Counted from the first letter of the stretch, positions 55,326-63,669 are shown. The stretch is 64,000 nt of DNA from a virus (IMGVR_UViG_3300033156_001279:13069-77068), one strand, 5' to 3'. Made by a program: numbers and translations. The notes: generated by a model not told the origin, from the sequence alone.

Positions 55326-56258
55326 ATGAAGAAACCAAAGCAAAAATCTAAAAATAATCCTCTACTAAAACTAGAGAATTGGATAAGAAAGACATACAAA
55401 GCAACTCCAAAAGATAAGTTATATCTTAAAGTTGCTAATCTTATAAAAAGTTCGAATTCTTCGGAAAGATATTTCTCGCTTTCTGAACACGAATATATTA
55501 TCGAGAATAGGGATTGGGACTATTATTTTATTGTGCCCGAAAGTGCTTTCAAAGATAAAGAGGAGATGAAAGTTACAAAAATCAAATGTAAAAACCTAAT
55601 CCGAGAAGTGATAGAATTTCCTTCTAAGTTGGTATTTTCTTTAATGGACCAATCATATTCACCATTGGGAACCGATGGTTTTTGGAAGTATAGTGAGAAA
55701 TGGGATGATGAAACTTTTGAATTTAAGCCCAGAATAGCAATTAATAAGAGTGGCAAATTAATCGGAGGTGATGGCAAACCCCTATTTGGATTTCATTTTA
55801 GTTCACCTAGAGGAAGAATTTACAAAAACATACTTTTTACTGATTTAACAAAAGCTAGTCTGAAAAGAGCAAAAATTCTATTACTTAAACAGAATTTAAT
55901 TCCTCTAAAAGAATTCAAGAAACAAAAATTTCTATTAGTAGTTTCACCAGAAATAGAATTTAAGGCAAAAGAAATAGAACATGAACTTATGAAAGAAAAA
56001 CATCCAGACGATCTTTTAGTAACCCCTTATCTGAAAAAACTTAATTGGGCAATAATCTTAGAATCTCCTGCCAAGCCCTTGATTTTTCAACTCAGGTCAG
56101 AACCAGATTTCTGTGTAAATGTTAAAAGACTTTTTGCAGAGGAGTTTGAAAAGAAGACAGTAATAGATTCTAATATGAGATGCAATGCGGGAATTGGAGA
56201 CTGGAAGAAAATAGTTGGTTCATTCAAGAAGGAAGTTGAAAATGAAATATTTAATTAA
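55326..56258 (+). CDS. hypothetical protein (310 aa)
   Basis: ORF. Confidence 0.4.
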   Translation: MKKPKQKSKNNPLLKLENWIRKTYKATPKDKLYLKVANLIKSSNSSERYFSLSEHEYIIENRDWDYYFIVPESAFKDKEEMKVTKIKCKNLIREVIEFPSKLVFSLMDQSYSPLGTDGFWKYSEKWDDETFEFKPRIAINKSGKLIGGDGKPLFGFHFSSPRGRIYKNILFTDLTKASLKRAKILLLKQNLIPLKEFKKQKFLLVVSPEIEFKAKEIEHELMKEKHPDDLLVTPYLKKLNWAIILESPAKPLIFQLRSEPDFCVNVKRLFAEEFEKKTVIDSNMRCNAGIGDWKKIVGSFKKEVENEIFN

Positions 56259-56291
56259 ATTTATCAAAAACTAAATTAAAAGGAAATCAGT

Positions 56292-56621
56292 TTGGTGAAA
56301 ACTAAGAAATGTAAAAAATGTAACAAGCCAGCCAAATCCCGTGGTTTGTGTAATACTCACTATTATCAGTGGTGGTCTAAACATATGTATGAGAAAAATA
56401 TGAAAAAAAAGAAAACAAAGAAAAAAAAGGATAAATGGAATATTAATTTGTTTAAAGTGAGAAATGCAGAATATACAGTAGAGAACTTTAAAATGGAATT
56501 TGGTTTTCCTGATTTAGATGACTTAAATATAAAAGACCCAAAAGAATTATTATTAGAACCATTGATAGAACTTAAAAGATTTAGTATTGATATTAAAATT
56601 AAAAAGAAAAAATCTAGGTAA
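56292..56621 (+). CDS. small Cys-rich basic protein (CKKCNK...GLCNTHY)
   Basis: ORF. The N-terminal Cys/His cluster could be HNH-like or a zinc ribbon. Confidence 0.3.
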   Translation: MVKTKKCKKCNKPAKSRGLCNTHYYQWWSKHMYEKNMKKKKTKKKKDKWNINLFKVRNAEYTVENFKMEFGFPDLDDLNIKDPKELLLEPLIELKRFSIDIKIKKKKSR

Positions 56622-56643
56622 TCAAAATAAAGGTAAAATAAAA

Positions 56644-57021
56644 ATGATAGACAGAAGAAAAATAGGTAAACAAAATAAAAGGAAAGGAGCATTAGCAGAA
56701 ACTGAATCAGCTAAGTTTTGGAGCAAGAAACTAAATTCAAATATTAGGCGTACTCCACGTTCTGGAGCTTTCATAGATTGGCCAGGAGATTTAATTGATT
56801 TAGGAAATTCCATTTTAAAAGATTTTATAGTAGATATTAAAAGCGGAAAAACTGCGGTTCCCAAAAAATTAGAAAGGGAAATGAATAAATTAAAGGATGA
56901 AGCACAAGGCAAATTATATTTTCTTGAACTTTCAAAACCTTGGGGCGAAAATTACATAATAATAAATAGAAAACATTTTGGAAGATTACTTTATGAATTA
57001 CAAAACTACAGAAAAAAATAA
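56644..57021 (+). CDS. PD-(D/E)xK nuclease, Holliday-junction-resolvase-like
   Basis: GALAETES...PGDLIDLGNS...IVDIKSGK gives an E...D...D-x-K layout. The start is placed at ATG 56644 after AAAGG; the ORF track extends upstream. Confidence 0.4.
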   Translation: MIDRRKIGKQNKRKGALAETESAKFWSKKLNSNIRRTPRSGAFIDWPGDLIDLGNSILKDFIVDIKSGKTAVPKKLEREMNKLKDEAQGKLYFLELSKPWGENYIIINRKHFGRLLYELQNYRKK

Positions 57022-57022
57022 T

Positions 57023-57238
57023 ATGCTGTTTTCTTACACTATTTTTTTCTTTGCTACATTTATTCCTATTAGTATAATCTTAAAATATGTTTTTCATGCT
57101 GGAATTGACACCTACCTTTTAGTAGCTATTTTTGCTAGCGGGGCAGCAATCTTGAATTCACTCGAGATTCGACTTAAATCATATCTTAAAATTATTTTAC
57201 GGACATTATCTCAATTTTCTGAAAAAAAAAGACAATAA
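57023..57238 (+). CDS. small integral membrane protein
   Basis: Two hydrophobic helices (FFFATFIPISIIL..., LLVAIFASGAAIL). Confidence 0.3.
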   Translation: MLFSYTIFFFATFIPISIILKYVFHAGIDTYLLVAIFASGAAILNSLEIRLKSYLKIILRTLSQFSEKKRQ

Positions 57239-57274
57239 ATAAAGGTCGAAAATGAAAATTAAATAAAAAAAAAT

Positions 57275-57640
57275 ATGCTTAAAATAACAATTAAAAAAGA
57301 AGGTTTTCCCAGAGAAGTGGAAATAGAAGGAAGTACAGAAGAGATTACTAAAGTTCTCAGAGGTCTTTATTATCGGGAATACAAGACAGGTGCTTATCCA
57401 AGAGAAAAAATGAAGACGAAAGGGAATTGTATTATCTGTGGAAATCCCCTGCCTGCAGGAAAAATAAAATACTGTTCTGAGGCTTGCTATAAAAAGGGAA
57501 TGAAAAAGATTTACGAAAGGTATAAAAAAAGAAGAGAAATGGAAAGAAAAAGAAAAGAAAAGGAAAGCTTAAATGAAAATAAGCTTGGAGAAGTAAACTC
57601 TAAGTTGGATGAAAGAAATACAACAGATACAACCTGGTAA
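57275..57640 (+). CDS. zinc-ribbon protein with basic coiled-coil tail
   Basis: CIICGNPL...CSEAC. Confidence 0.35.
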   Translation: MLKITIKKEGFPREVEIEGSTEEITKVLRGLYYREYKTGAYPREKMKTKGNCIICGNPLPAGKIKYCSEACYKKGMKKIYERYKKRREMERKRKEKESLNENKLGEVNSKLDERNTTDTTW

Positions 57641-57692
57641 TTATGCAGAAATTAAAGGTCGAATAAAACAAAAAAATTAAATAAAAAAAATT

Positions 57693-58520
57693 ATGAAAAT
57701 GTTTAATTATGTGACGGAAAGAGACGAAAATGGAATTCAAAGGTTGAGATGGGGAAAACTAATTGGTCACTTAGTTTTACTAATGGTCTTAATCGTGTTG
57801 TTCTTTGGTGCGTGGGGCACTATCGGTGCTGGCGAAAGAGGAGTATTACTCCAGTTTGGTGCTGTTCAGGATAAGATTTTCGATGAAGGATTTTATCTCA
57901 AGATTCCTTTTGTCCAGTCAGTAAGAAAAGTAGATGTCAAAATCCAAAAAGACGAGGTATCCGCCAGTGCTGCTTCTAAAGACTTACAGATAGTCACTTC
58001 TACAATTGCTTTAAATTACCATATTGATCCAAACTCAGTTAACAGATTATGGCAAGAAGTGGGAGTAAACTATAATGCAAGAATTATAGCACCAGCTATT
58101 CAAGAAGCAATGAAAGCGACAACAGCTCAATACACAGCCGAAGAACTGATTACCCGCAGAGAGGAAGTAAAAGAAGCCACAAAGATGAACTTAACGGAAA
58201 GATTATCGGATAGAGGAATTATGGTGGATGAATTCAATATTATTGACTTTGATTTCTCAAAGGCATTTAATGAAGCAATTGAAGCTAAAATCACCGCCGA
58301 ACAATTGAAATTAAAAGCTGACAGAGATTTAGAAAGAATCAAGATTGAGAAAGAGCAGATGATAACAGCGGCACAGGGCAAAGCAAAAGCTATTAAAATA
58401 GAAGCTGAAGCATTAATGTCAAATCCTAAAGTTGTCGAGCTTCGGTATATTGAAAAATGGGATGGAAAAATGCCCCAATTCTGGGGCGGTGCTACACCCT
58501 TTGTGGGTATTGACAAATAA
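57693..58520 (+). CDS. SPFH/band-7 (prohibitin/HflKC-like) membrane protein
   Basis: TM helix, then GAGERGVLLQFGAVQDKIFDEGFYLKIPFVQSVRKVDVKIQ...NYHIDP, which is the canonical SPFH core. Coiled-coil tail. Confidence 0.6.
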   Translation: MKMFNYVTERDENGIQRLRWGKLIGHLVLLMVLIVLFFGAWGTIGAGERGVLLQFGAVQDKIFDEGFYLKIPFVQSVRKVDVKIQKDEVSASAASKDLQIVTSTIALNYHIDPNSVNRLWQEVGVNYNARIIAPAIQEAMKATTAQYTAEELITRREEVKEATKMNLTERLSDRGIMVDEFNIIDFDFSKAFNEAIEAKITAEQLKLKADRDLERIKIEKEQMITAAQGKAKAIKIEAEALMSNPKVVELRYIEKWDGKMPQFWGGATPFVGIDK

Positions 58521-58521
58521 C

Positions 58522-58704
58522 ATGAGGAAAGCTTTTACTTTAGTCGAATTATTGATTATAATTGCCATAATTGGAATTTTGGCAACTATTATTATAACTA
58601 CTGTAATAGAGGTAAGAAAGAATGAAGGCAATTGCCAAGAAGTCAGAGAACAATGTGTTTCTGAATGTTTTAAACAGGAAGAAAAATGTCTAATTAAGAA
58701 TTAA
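58522..58704 (+). CDS. type IV pilin/pseudopilin-like protein (class III signal peptide)
   Basis: MRKAFTLVELLIIIAIIGILATII matches the prepilin [KR]-[GA]-F-T-L-[IV]-E leader and hydrophobic helix. The start is at the ATG one nt after the SPFH stop. Confidence 0.5.
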   Translation: MRKAFTLVELLIIIAIIGILATIIITTVIEVRKNEGNCQEVREQCVSECFKQEEKCLIKN

Positions 58705-58734
58705 AGGTCGAATAAACCAACTAAAAATAAAATC

Positions 58735-58911
58735 ATGAACGAAGAAGAAAAAAAGGAAACTACTGAAGAAGAAACAGGAGATACAGAAGAGAAAACAGAA
58801 GATACAGAAGAAAAAACAGAAGAAGAAACGACAGAAGAAACAGAGGAAGAATCAACAGAGGGAACAGAAGAATCCGAAGAAACTCCTGAAAGTGTTCCTG
58901 AAGAAGAATAA
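58735..58911 (+). CDS. highly acidic E/T-rich small protein (58 aa)
   Basis: MNEEEKKETTEEETGDTEEKTEDTEEKTEEETTEETEEE... Confidence 0.3.
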   Translation: MNEEEKKETTEEETGDTEEKTEDTEEKTEEETTEETEEESTEGTEESEETPESVPEEE

Positions 58912-58949
58912 GTTTCATGCCATCCCTTATCCTGTTTAAGGGATAAGGG

Positions 58950-59321
58950 ATGGCTAACTCAATTATGGGAGATAGAACAACATGGATAGAAAAATGTCCC
59001 AAATGCGGAGCGGACATCGAAGTTTATTCTGCACCTTCTTCATTAATTTGGAGAAAGCATTGTCATATTTGCGGATATGATGATGGATTAGATTACTATG
59101 AAGCCCCTAATTATGTCATTGAAAAACTAACAGAAAAAGAAGCAAGAGAGAAAAAAATTATATTTGATTGTCCCAAATGCAAAACAATTATGACATGGTG
59201 GGAAAAGAAAAAATATGGGATGTGTATTTCCTGTCATCAAGAAAAAACTAATAAATTAAAGAATCATGAATCCAGAAGCAATTCAACAAATAGTAGAAAC
59301 TATCAAGACCCTAAATCTTAA
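58950..59321 (+). CDS. multi-zinc-ribbon protein
   Basis: CPKCGA...CHICGY...CPKCKT...CISCH. Confidence 0.35.
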   Translation: MANSIMGDRTTWIEKCPKCGADIEVYSAPSSLIWRKHCHICGYDDGLDYYEAPNYVIEKLTEKEAREKKIIFDCPKCKTIMTWWEKKKYGMCISCHQEKTNKLKNHESRSNSTNSRNYQDPKS

Positions 59322-59487
59322 TATAGATAGCCAAACAGCTATAGAAATAGTTCAGATTTTAAAGCCTCTTATGTGGCTCTATATCCTAAAAGGTTTTGTC
59401 TTGTCCTTTCTCGGTCTTGTAGCATTTGTCTTTGCTATTTATCTTATTAGCAAAGCAGTTAAAAGTTATTACAAAAATAAAGAGTAA
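59266..59487 (+). CDS. single-pass membrane protein (holin-like candidate)
   Basis: Central hydrophobic helix LYILKGFVLSFLGLVAFVFAIYLI, charged C-terminus. Confidence 0.3.
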   Translation: MNPEAIQQIVETIKTLNLNIDSQTAIEIVQILKPLMWLYILKGFVLSFLGLVAFVFAIYLISKAVKSYYKNKE

Positions 59488-59489
59488 CC

Positions 59490-59657
59490 ATGTGGTGGTT
59501 CTATTTTATCTTGACTTTATGGATAGGTTGGGTGTTGGCTTTGTGCAGGCATAAAATAGAAAGAGATAGTTTTACGTTTGATTGGGTTGATGTAATTATT
59601 CTCTCTACTTTGGGTGCTATGATTGCCTTTTTGATGATTGTAGTTGGAATAGCTTGA
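59490..59657 (+). CDS. two-helix small membrane protein (55 aa; holin-like candidate; not in ORF track)
   Basis: MWWFYFILTLWIGWVLAL...VIILSTLGAMIAFLMIVVGIA. The stop overlaps the P6 -35. Confidence 0.3.
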   Translation: MWWFYFILTLWIGWVLALCRHKIERDSFTFDWVDVIILSTLGAMIAFLMIVVGIA

Positions 59658-59683
59658 CAGGGGCTTAGTAAAAATGCTATAAT
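59655..59683 (+). promoter_or_regulatory. sigma70-type promoter P6: TTGACA-gggg-N-TGC-TATAAT-ggag
   Basis: -35 at 59655-59660, 17-nt spacer, -10 at 59678-59683, ATG at 59696. Confidence 0.45.
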
Positions 59684-59695
59684 GGAGTATGAAAA

Positions 59696-60325
59696 ATGAA
59701 ATTCAAAACTATACTAAAAGATTTTATAAATAGTAATCCTCATCCTCGTATCCTTGGCAGATTTTGGGCTAGTGAAATTTTCGCTATTCAGAAAGGATAT
59801 TTGAAGCCAGAAGATTTCTTTAAAAACGACCCAATCGATTTATCTGGATGCAGAAAAATTAGTTCGGGAATCGCTTATGAGGAATATCTTTCAAAAATAT
59901 TTTTGGAAAGGGGGATTTTGCCAGAGATGAAAGATAGAAATAAGATTACAGAATTAAAGGCGAAATTGGAAGAAACTCTTAAAGAATCCAAACTAGATGA
60001 ATTATTGGAAATCAATTTAATTCCAAAACAAGAAAAGAAAATCTTAAAAATTTCAGATGAAGTCTCACTGGTAGTAAAACCCGATTTTGTCTTTCCAGAT
60101 AAGATTGTTGAAACCAAATATGTATTCAGGTGGGATGGAGAAATTCCGGAGAGATATAAGCCTCAACTTGAAGCGGAATTTCAGGCATTTAAGAAACCTG
60201 TATATCTTGGAAGATTTGAAACTCCTTTTTCTCTTAAATTTTATAAATATGTCCCTTCTTCGAAAAGGTGGGAAAATATAAAAAAGACATTACTGGATTT
60301 TTATGAGAAGATTCAGCAAATTTGA
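59696..60325 (+). CDS. PD-(D/E)xK-like nuclease (putative)
   Basis: ...SLVVKPDFVFPDKIVETKYVF gives the hhhPD...E-x-K pattern. Confidence 0.35.
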   Translation: MKFKTILKDFINSNPHPRILGRFWASEIFAIQKGYLKPEDFFKNDPIDLSGCRKISSGIAYEEYLSKIFLERGILPEMKDRNKITELKAKLEETLKESKLDELLEINLIPKQEKKILKISDEVSLVVKPDFVFPDKIVETKYVFRWDGEIPERYKPQLEAEFQAFKKPVYLGRFETPFSLKFYKYVPSSKRWENIKKTLLDFYEKIQQI

Positions 60326-60752
60326 TTTTTATCTTTTGGGAATTATAACAGGAATACTGCTGGCTTTGGGCTTATATTTGATAATAAATTGGTCTCCTAG
60401 AGAAATTTCCCAGCCAGAAACCAGATTGGAGGAGTGTTTTGTGAAAGCCCCTAATCTCCCTCTAATCCCTCATATTCAGACATTGGCTACTGTAACAGCC
60501 TATAACCCGACCAAAGAACAGTGCGGACAGAACCCGGACATAATGGCAAGTGGTAAGAGGGTTTACGAGGGATCGGTGGCTTGCCCAAGGGAACTGGAGT
60601 TTGGAACTGTGGTTAGAATAGACGGGAAGTGGTATGTTTGCGAGGACAGGACAAGCAAGAAGTATGACGGCCGTTTTGATTTGTTAATGTTTAGCGAGAA
60701 AGAGGCAATAGAATTTGGAAAACAAAAGAAAGAGGTTGAGATTTATAAGTAA
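60303..60752 (+). CDS. membrane-anchored 3D-domain protein (MltA/YuiC-like cell-wall hydrolase; endolysin candidate)
   Basis: N-terminal TM, then VTAYNPTKEQCGQNPDIMASGKRVYEGSVACP...EFGTVVRIDGKWYVCEDRTSKKYDGRFDLLM, which is the 3D-domain signature. Confidence 0.5.
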   Translation: MRRFSKFDFYLLGIITGILLALGLYLIINWSPREISQPETRLEECFVKAPNLPLIPHIQTLATVTAYNPTKEQCGQNPDIMASGKRVYEGSVACPRELEFGTVVRIDGKWYVCEDRTSKKYDGRFDLLMFSEKEAIEFGKQKKEVEIYK

Positions 60753-60794
60753 TTAGTAAAAAAGTTGGGGTTATAAATACTAATCGTAAATAAT

Positions 60795-61275
60795 ATGAGA
60801 AAATATAAACTAACAAAAGAGAAGAAGGAAATATCGGGAACTACACTCTACCGAATAGAAGCGTTAAGAGACTTTGGAGATGTAAAGAAAGGAGATAAAG
60901 GCGGATTTATAGAGAAAGAGGAAAACTTGTCGCACGAGGGAAATTGCTGGGTTTATGATAATGCTTGTGTCTTTGACAATGCTCGGGTCTTTGACGATGC
61001 TCGGGTTTATGATAATGCTTGTATTTTTGATAATGCTTGGGTTCACGGCGTTGCTTGTATTTTTGATAACGCTTGGGTTCACGGCGATGCTTTAGTTTAT
61101 GACGATGCTCTGGGTTTATGATAATACTCAGGTTTATGATAATGCTCGGGTTTGGGGCAACACTTGGGTTTACGGGCAATTAAGACTTTCTGGTGGTGGT
61201 TTCTATTACTTCAAACCAAAATCAGAAAAAAGTAGAAAAGATAGAACTTGGAGAAGATTACGAACTTTTATGTAG
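60795..61275 (+). pseudogene. hexapeptide-repeat (V-[YF]-D-[ND]-A-x) protein gene interrupted by a +1 frameshift inside its 18-bp tandem repeat array
   Basis: About 14 tandem 18-bp units at 60950-61190. The unit gacgatgctcgggtttatgat has become gacgatgctcTgggtttatga at ~61111. This creates a TGA at 61119-61121, and the repeat frame continues in +1 to a TAG at ~61273. Confidence 0.45.
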
Positions 61276-61390
61276 CAATCCAAAGGTAGAGAGAGAAGAA
61301 AAGGAAGAGTTAAAATTGGGCAGGAAAGTAAGAGTGAGGTTAAAAGAGGGACAAATAGTTGAAGGGGAAATTGTGGAAGATTGGTTTTAG
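61193..61390 (+). CDS. hypothetical small protein (65 aa)
   Basis: ORF. It overlaps the tail of the repeat gene in another frame, so its reality is uncertain. Confidence 0.25.
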   Translation: MVVSITSNQNQKKVEKIELGEDYELLCSNPKVEREEKEELKLGRKVRVRLKEGQIVEGEIVEDWF

Positions 61391-61439
61391 ATAATTTATG
61401 AAAGAAGAAAAGAACTATTAAGTAATTATTAAAAGAGAT

Positions 61440-62028
61440 ATGAAATATCCAGATGACTTTGTAAATAAAATAATATGTGGAGATTGTTTAGAAGTAATGA
61501 AAGATATACCTGATAAGAGTGTGAATTTAGTTTTGACAGACCCACCATATCCTGACTATCATAAAGAGATTTATAGTTATAAAAAAAGGATTATTAGAAC
61601 CGTTAAAAAGATTTAAGTGTAAGCAACTGATATTTTGGTCAGCAAAAGTAGATTTTCCTCTTGATTATACGGCAATACATATTTGGGATAAAAAATGTGG
61701 AGTTGGTTCTATGTATGAACGAATTTTTGAGAGAAATGGAAATAAAGAATACAAAGTTTATAACTACTATTTAATAAATTCGGAAGTAGCGGCAAATTAT
61801 ACAAGAGATATTTTTTGGAAACATCCATCTCAAAAACCAATTAAGTTAATAGAGAGATTGATTTCAGAGAATAGTAAAGAAAATGATTTGATATTAGATT
61901 TATTTATAGGAACAGGAACAATAGCAGTGGCGGCTAAACATTTAAAAAGAAACTTTATAGGCATAGAAATAAACCCAGAATATTGTGAAATAGCAAGGCA
62001 AAGGTTGAGACAAGAATTACTAATTTAA
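61440..62028 (+). pseudogene. beta-class DNA methyltransferase (DPPY) split by a frameshift in an A7 homopolymer
   Basis: 61440-61616 gives MKYPDDFVNKIICGDCLEVMKDIPDKSVNLVLTDPPYPDYHKEIYSYKK, then a stop. The frame-1 continuation from the A7 run (61581-61587) reads ...GLLEPLKRFKCKQLIFWSAKVDFPLD...HPSQKPIKLIERLI...ILDLFIGTGTIAVAAKHLKRNFIGIE to 62028. An A6 run would restore one ORF. Confidence 0.55.
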
Positions 62029-62048
62029 GCAATTATTAAAATAGGGAT

Positions 62049-62258
62049 ATGAAGAGAGAAGAGAAAATTAAAAAAAGATTAAACGAGCATATTCGTTTAT
62101 TAAATAGTGGGCGTCATAAGATTTGTAATTGTGATATAGAAAGTGCTTGGTTTTATGATTTTGGAATGTATAAATGTCAGTATTGCGGGGGTATGTTAAC
62201 CGATTTGGAGAGAGTAAGAAAAATTATTGAATATAATATACCCTCTAACCCTAAATAA
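62049..62258 (+). CDS. small zinc-ribbon protein
   Basis: ICNCD...CQYCGG. Confidence 0.35.
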   Translation: MKREEKIKKRLNEHIRLLNSGRHKICNCDIESAWFYDFGMYKCQYCGGMLTDLERVRKIIEYNIPSNPK

Positions 62259-62262
62259 ACCT

Positions 62263-62490
62263 ATGAAGAAAGAAAAGGAAATTAAACCTGATAAGTTAAA
62301 AACAACCAAAGAAGTATTTGGGTTTCCTTTTAAAACATTTAAAAATAGTAAGGATTTACATCGCCAGATGTTAGAAGCGAGTGAGAATACTTTATTCTTA
62401 ATTGGTGAAAATATAATCAAATATCCAGAAGGGAGAGAAGCAATAGAGTTGGTATGGGCGAGAATTTTTAGGACAAGGGATAACCATTAA
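62263..62490 (+). CDS. small protein, MKKEKEIK family (conserved 5' leader)
   Basis: Start is placed at the ATG after AACCCTAAATAAACCT. The ORF-track start at 62227 is an upstream extension. Confidence 0.35.
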   Translation: MKKEKEIKPDKLKTTKEVFGFPFKTFKNSKDLHRQMLEASENTLFLIGENIIKYPEGREAIELVWARIFRTRDNH

Positions 62491-62505
62491 ACCCTAAATA
62501 AAACT

Positions 62506-62739
62506 ATGACTAAAGAAGAAATATTAAAAAGGGAAGGATTACAAGATTGGAAAATAAAAATAACTCATAGTGGAGGTGGGTTGACATTATTTGATAAAAA
62601 AGAAATTTGGCTGGATAAAAAATATAAAGATGATTTGCCAATGTTTCTTCACGAACTGGCTCACGCTATTACTGGTGAGAAACATAATGGAATTTTTGCT
62701 GATAAATTTACAGAATTAGTCAGAAAATATCTAAACTAA
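62506..62739 (+). CDS. small protein, MTKEE family (conserved 5' leader)
   Basis: ACCCTAAATAAAACT-ATG-ACTAAAGAAGAA. Confidence 0.35.
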   Translation: MTKEEILKREGLQDWKIKITHSGGGLTLFDKKEIWLDKKYKDDLPMFLHELAHAITGEKHNGIFADKFTELVRKYLN

Positions 62740-62755
62740 AACCCTAAACAACCCT

Positions 62756-63151
62756 ATGACTAAAGAAGAAAAAAGTGAATTTGGAAAAGGATTTATTTAT
62801 AATCTGATTTTATTCAGCAAACATTGGTGGAGAGCTTTTAAAGATATGGAAGACTATAAAGAAGTGTTTAAGAAAAAAACACCAAAAGAAATAGAACAAA
62901 TGGTGATGGATTTATGGTTTAATGGTGCTTCTGACCATTTTTATGAGTTAGAAATCCCGCCTCAATTTAAAAGAAAAAAAATAGGAAAACTTGCTAAATG
63001 GCTTCAGGATAGATGTTTATACTTAGGACACGGATTTGAAGAAAAAGCAACTAAAAAGGATTTTGAAGAAGTATTTGAGAAGTTAGAGGAGTTGGCTCGG
63101 CTAATAGATAAAGAATTAGGAGTAAAATGTATTAAAGCAGATTTTAGATAA
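62756..63151 (+). CDS. small protein, MTKEE family (conserved 5' leader)
   Basis: ACCCTAAACAACCCT-ATG-ACTAAAGAAGAA. Confidence 0.35.
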   Translation: MTKEEKSEFGKGFIYNLILFSKHWWRAFKDMEDYKEVFKKKTPKEIEQMVMDLWFNGASDHFYELEIPPQFKRKKIGKLAKWLQDRCLYLGHGFEEKATKKDFEEVFEKLEELARLIDKELGVKCIKADFR

Positions 63152-63164
63152 TTTATGAAAAAAA

Positions 63165-63407
63165 ATGATGAGTGATTTTAGGATTCTTACAATGGGAATA
63201 GGGATAATAATTGGGATTATATCGTTGTTAATTTTTAGTGTGTATTTAATGGACAGATTTATTTTGTGTCCTAATTTTGGAGAGGAAGTTGAGCTACCTT
63301 GTAAATATAATTTCTGGGCTGGCGGTTGTTTTGTTCAATTAGATAGCGGACAATGGATTAGAGTAGATAATTTTCACGGTGTCAATCTTAACCAAAACCC
63401 TAAATAA
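63165..63407 (+). CDS. small membrane protein (80 aa)
   Basis: N-terminal hydrophobic helix ILTMGIGIIIGIISLLIFSVYLM, then Cys-rich. Confidence 0.3.
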   Translation: MMSDFRILTMGIGIIIGIISLLIFSVYLMDRFILCPNFGEEVELPCKYNFWAGGCFVQLDSGQWIRVDNFHGVNLNQNPK

Positions 63408-63411
63408 ACCT

Positions 63412-63669
63412 ATGACTAAAGAAGAAAAACGAATGAAACAAATGGAACACATAGAAGCCCAAGAGCATTTTGCGGATTGTAGAGAATGTCAGAAGATATT
63501 TCAAGACAAATTAGAAGCCCAAAAAAAAGAATTATTAGAGAAGATAAAGTGGATAGAGGGATTCTGTTTTAAAAACTGGAAATCAATTTATGACCAGAAA
63601 AAAGATTGTGAATTTACTTGTATTAGCGGAAAAGATTTGGCAAAGAAAATTAAGCAATTGTTAAAATAG
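63412..63669 (+). CDS. small protein, MTKEE family (conserved 5' leader)
   Basis: ACCCTAAATAAACCT-ATG-ACTAAAGAAGAAAAACG. The ORF-track 63379 start is an upstream extension. Confidence 0.35.
   Translation: MTKEEKRMKQMEHIEAQEHFADCRECQKIFQDKLEAQKKELLEKIKWIEGFCFKNWKSIYDQKKDCEFTCISGKDLAKKIKQLLK

Noticed and set aside
62248-62760. AACCCTAAA / CCCTAAAC units resembling plant-type telomere repeats
   Set aside because: Only 1-2 units per site, always inside the conserved gene leader. Coincidental resemblance. No array.
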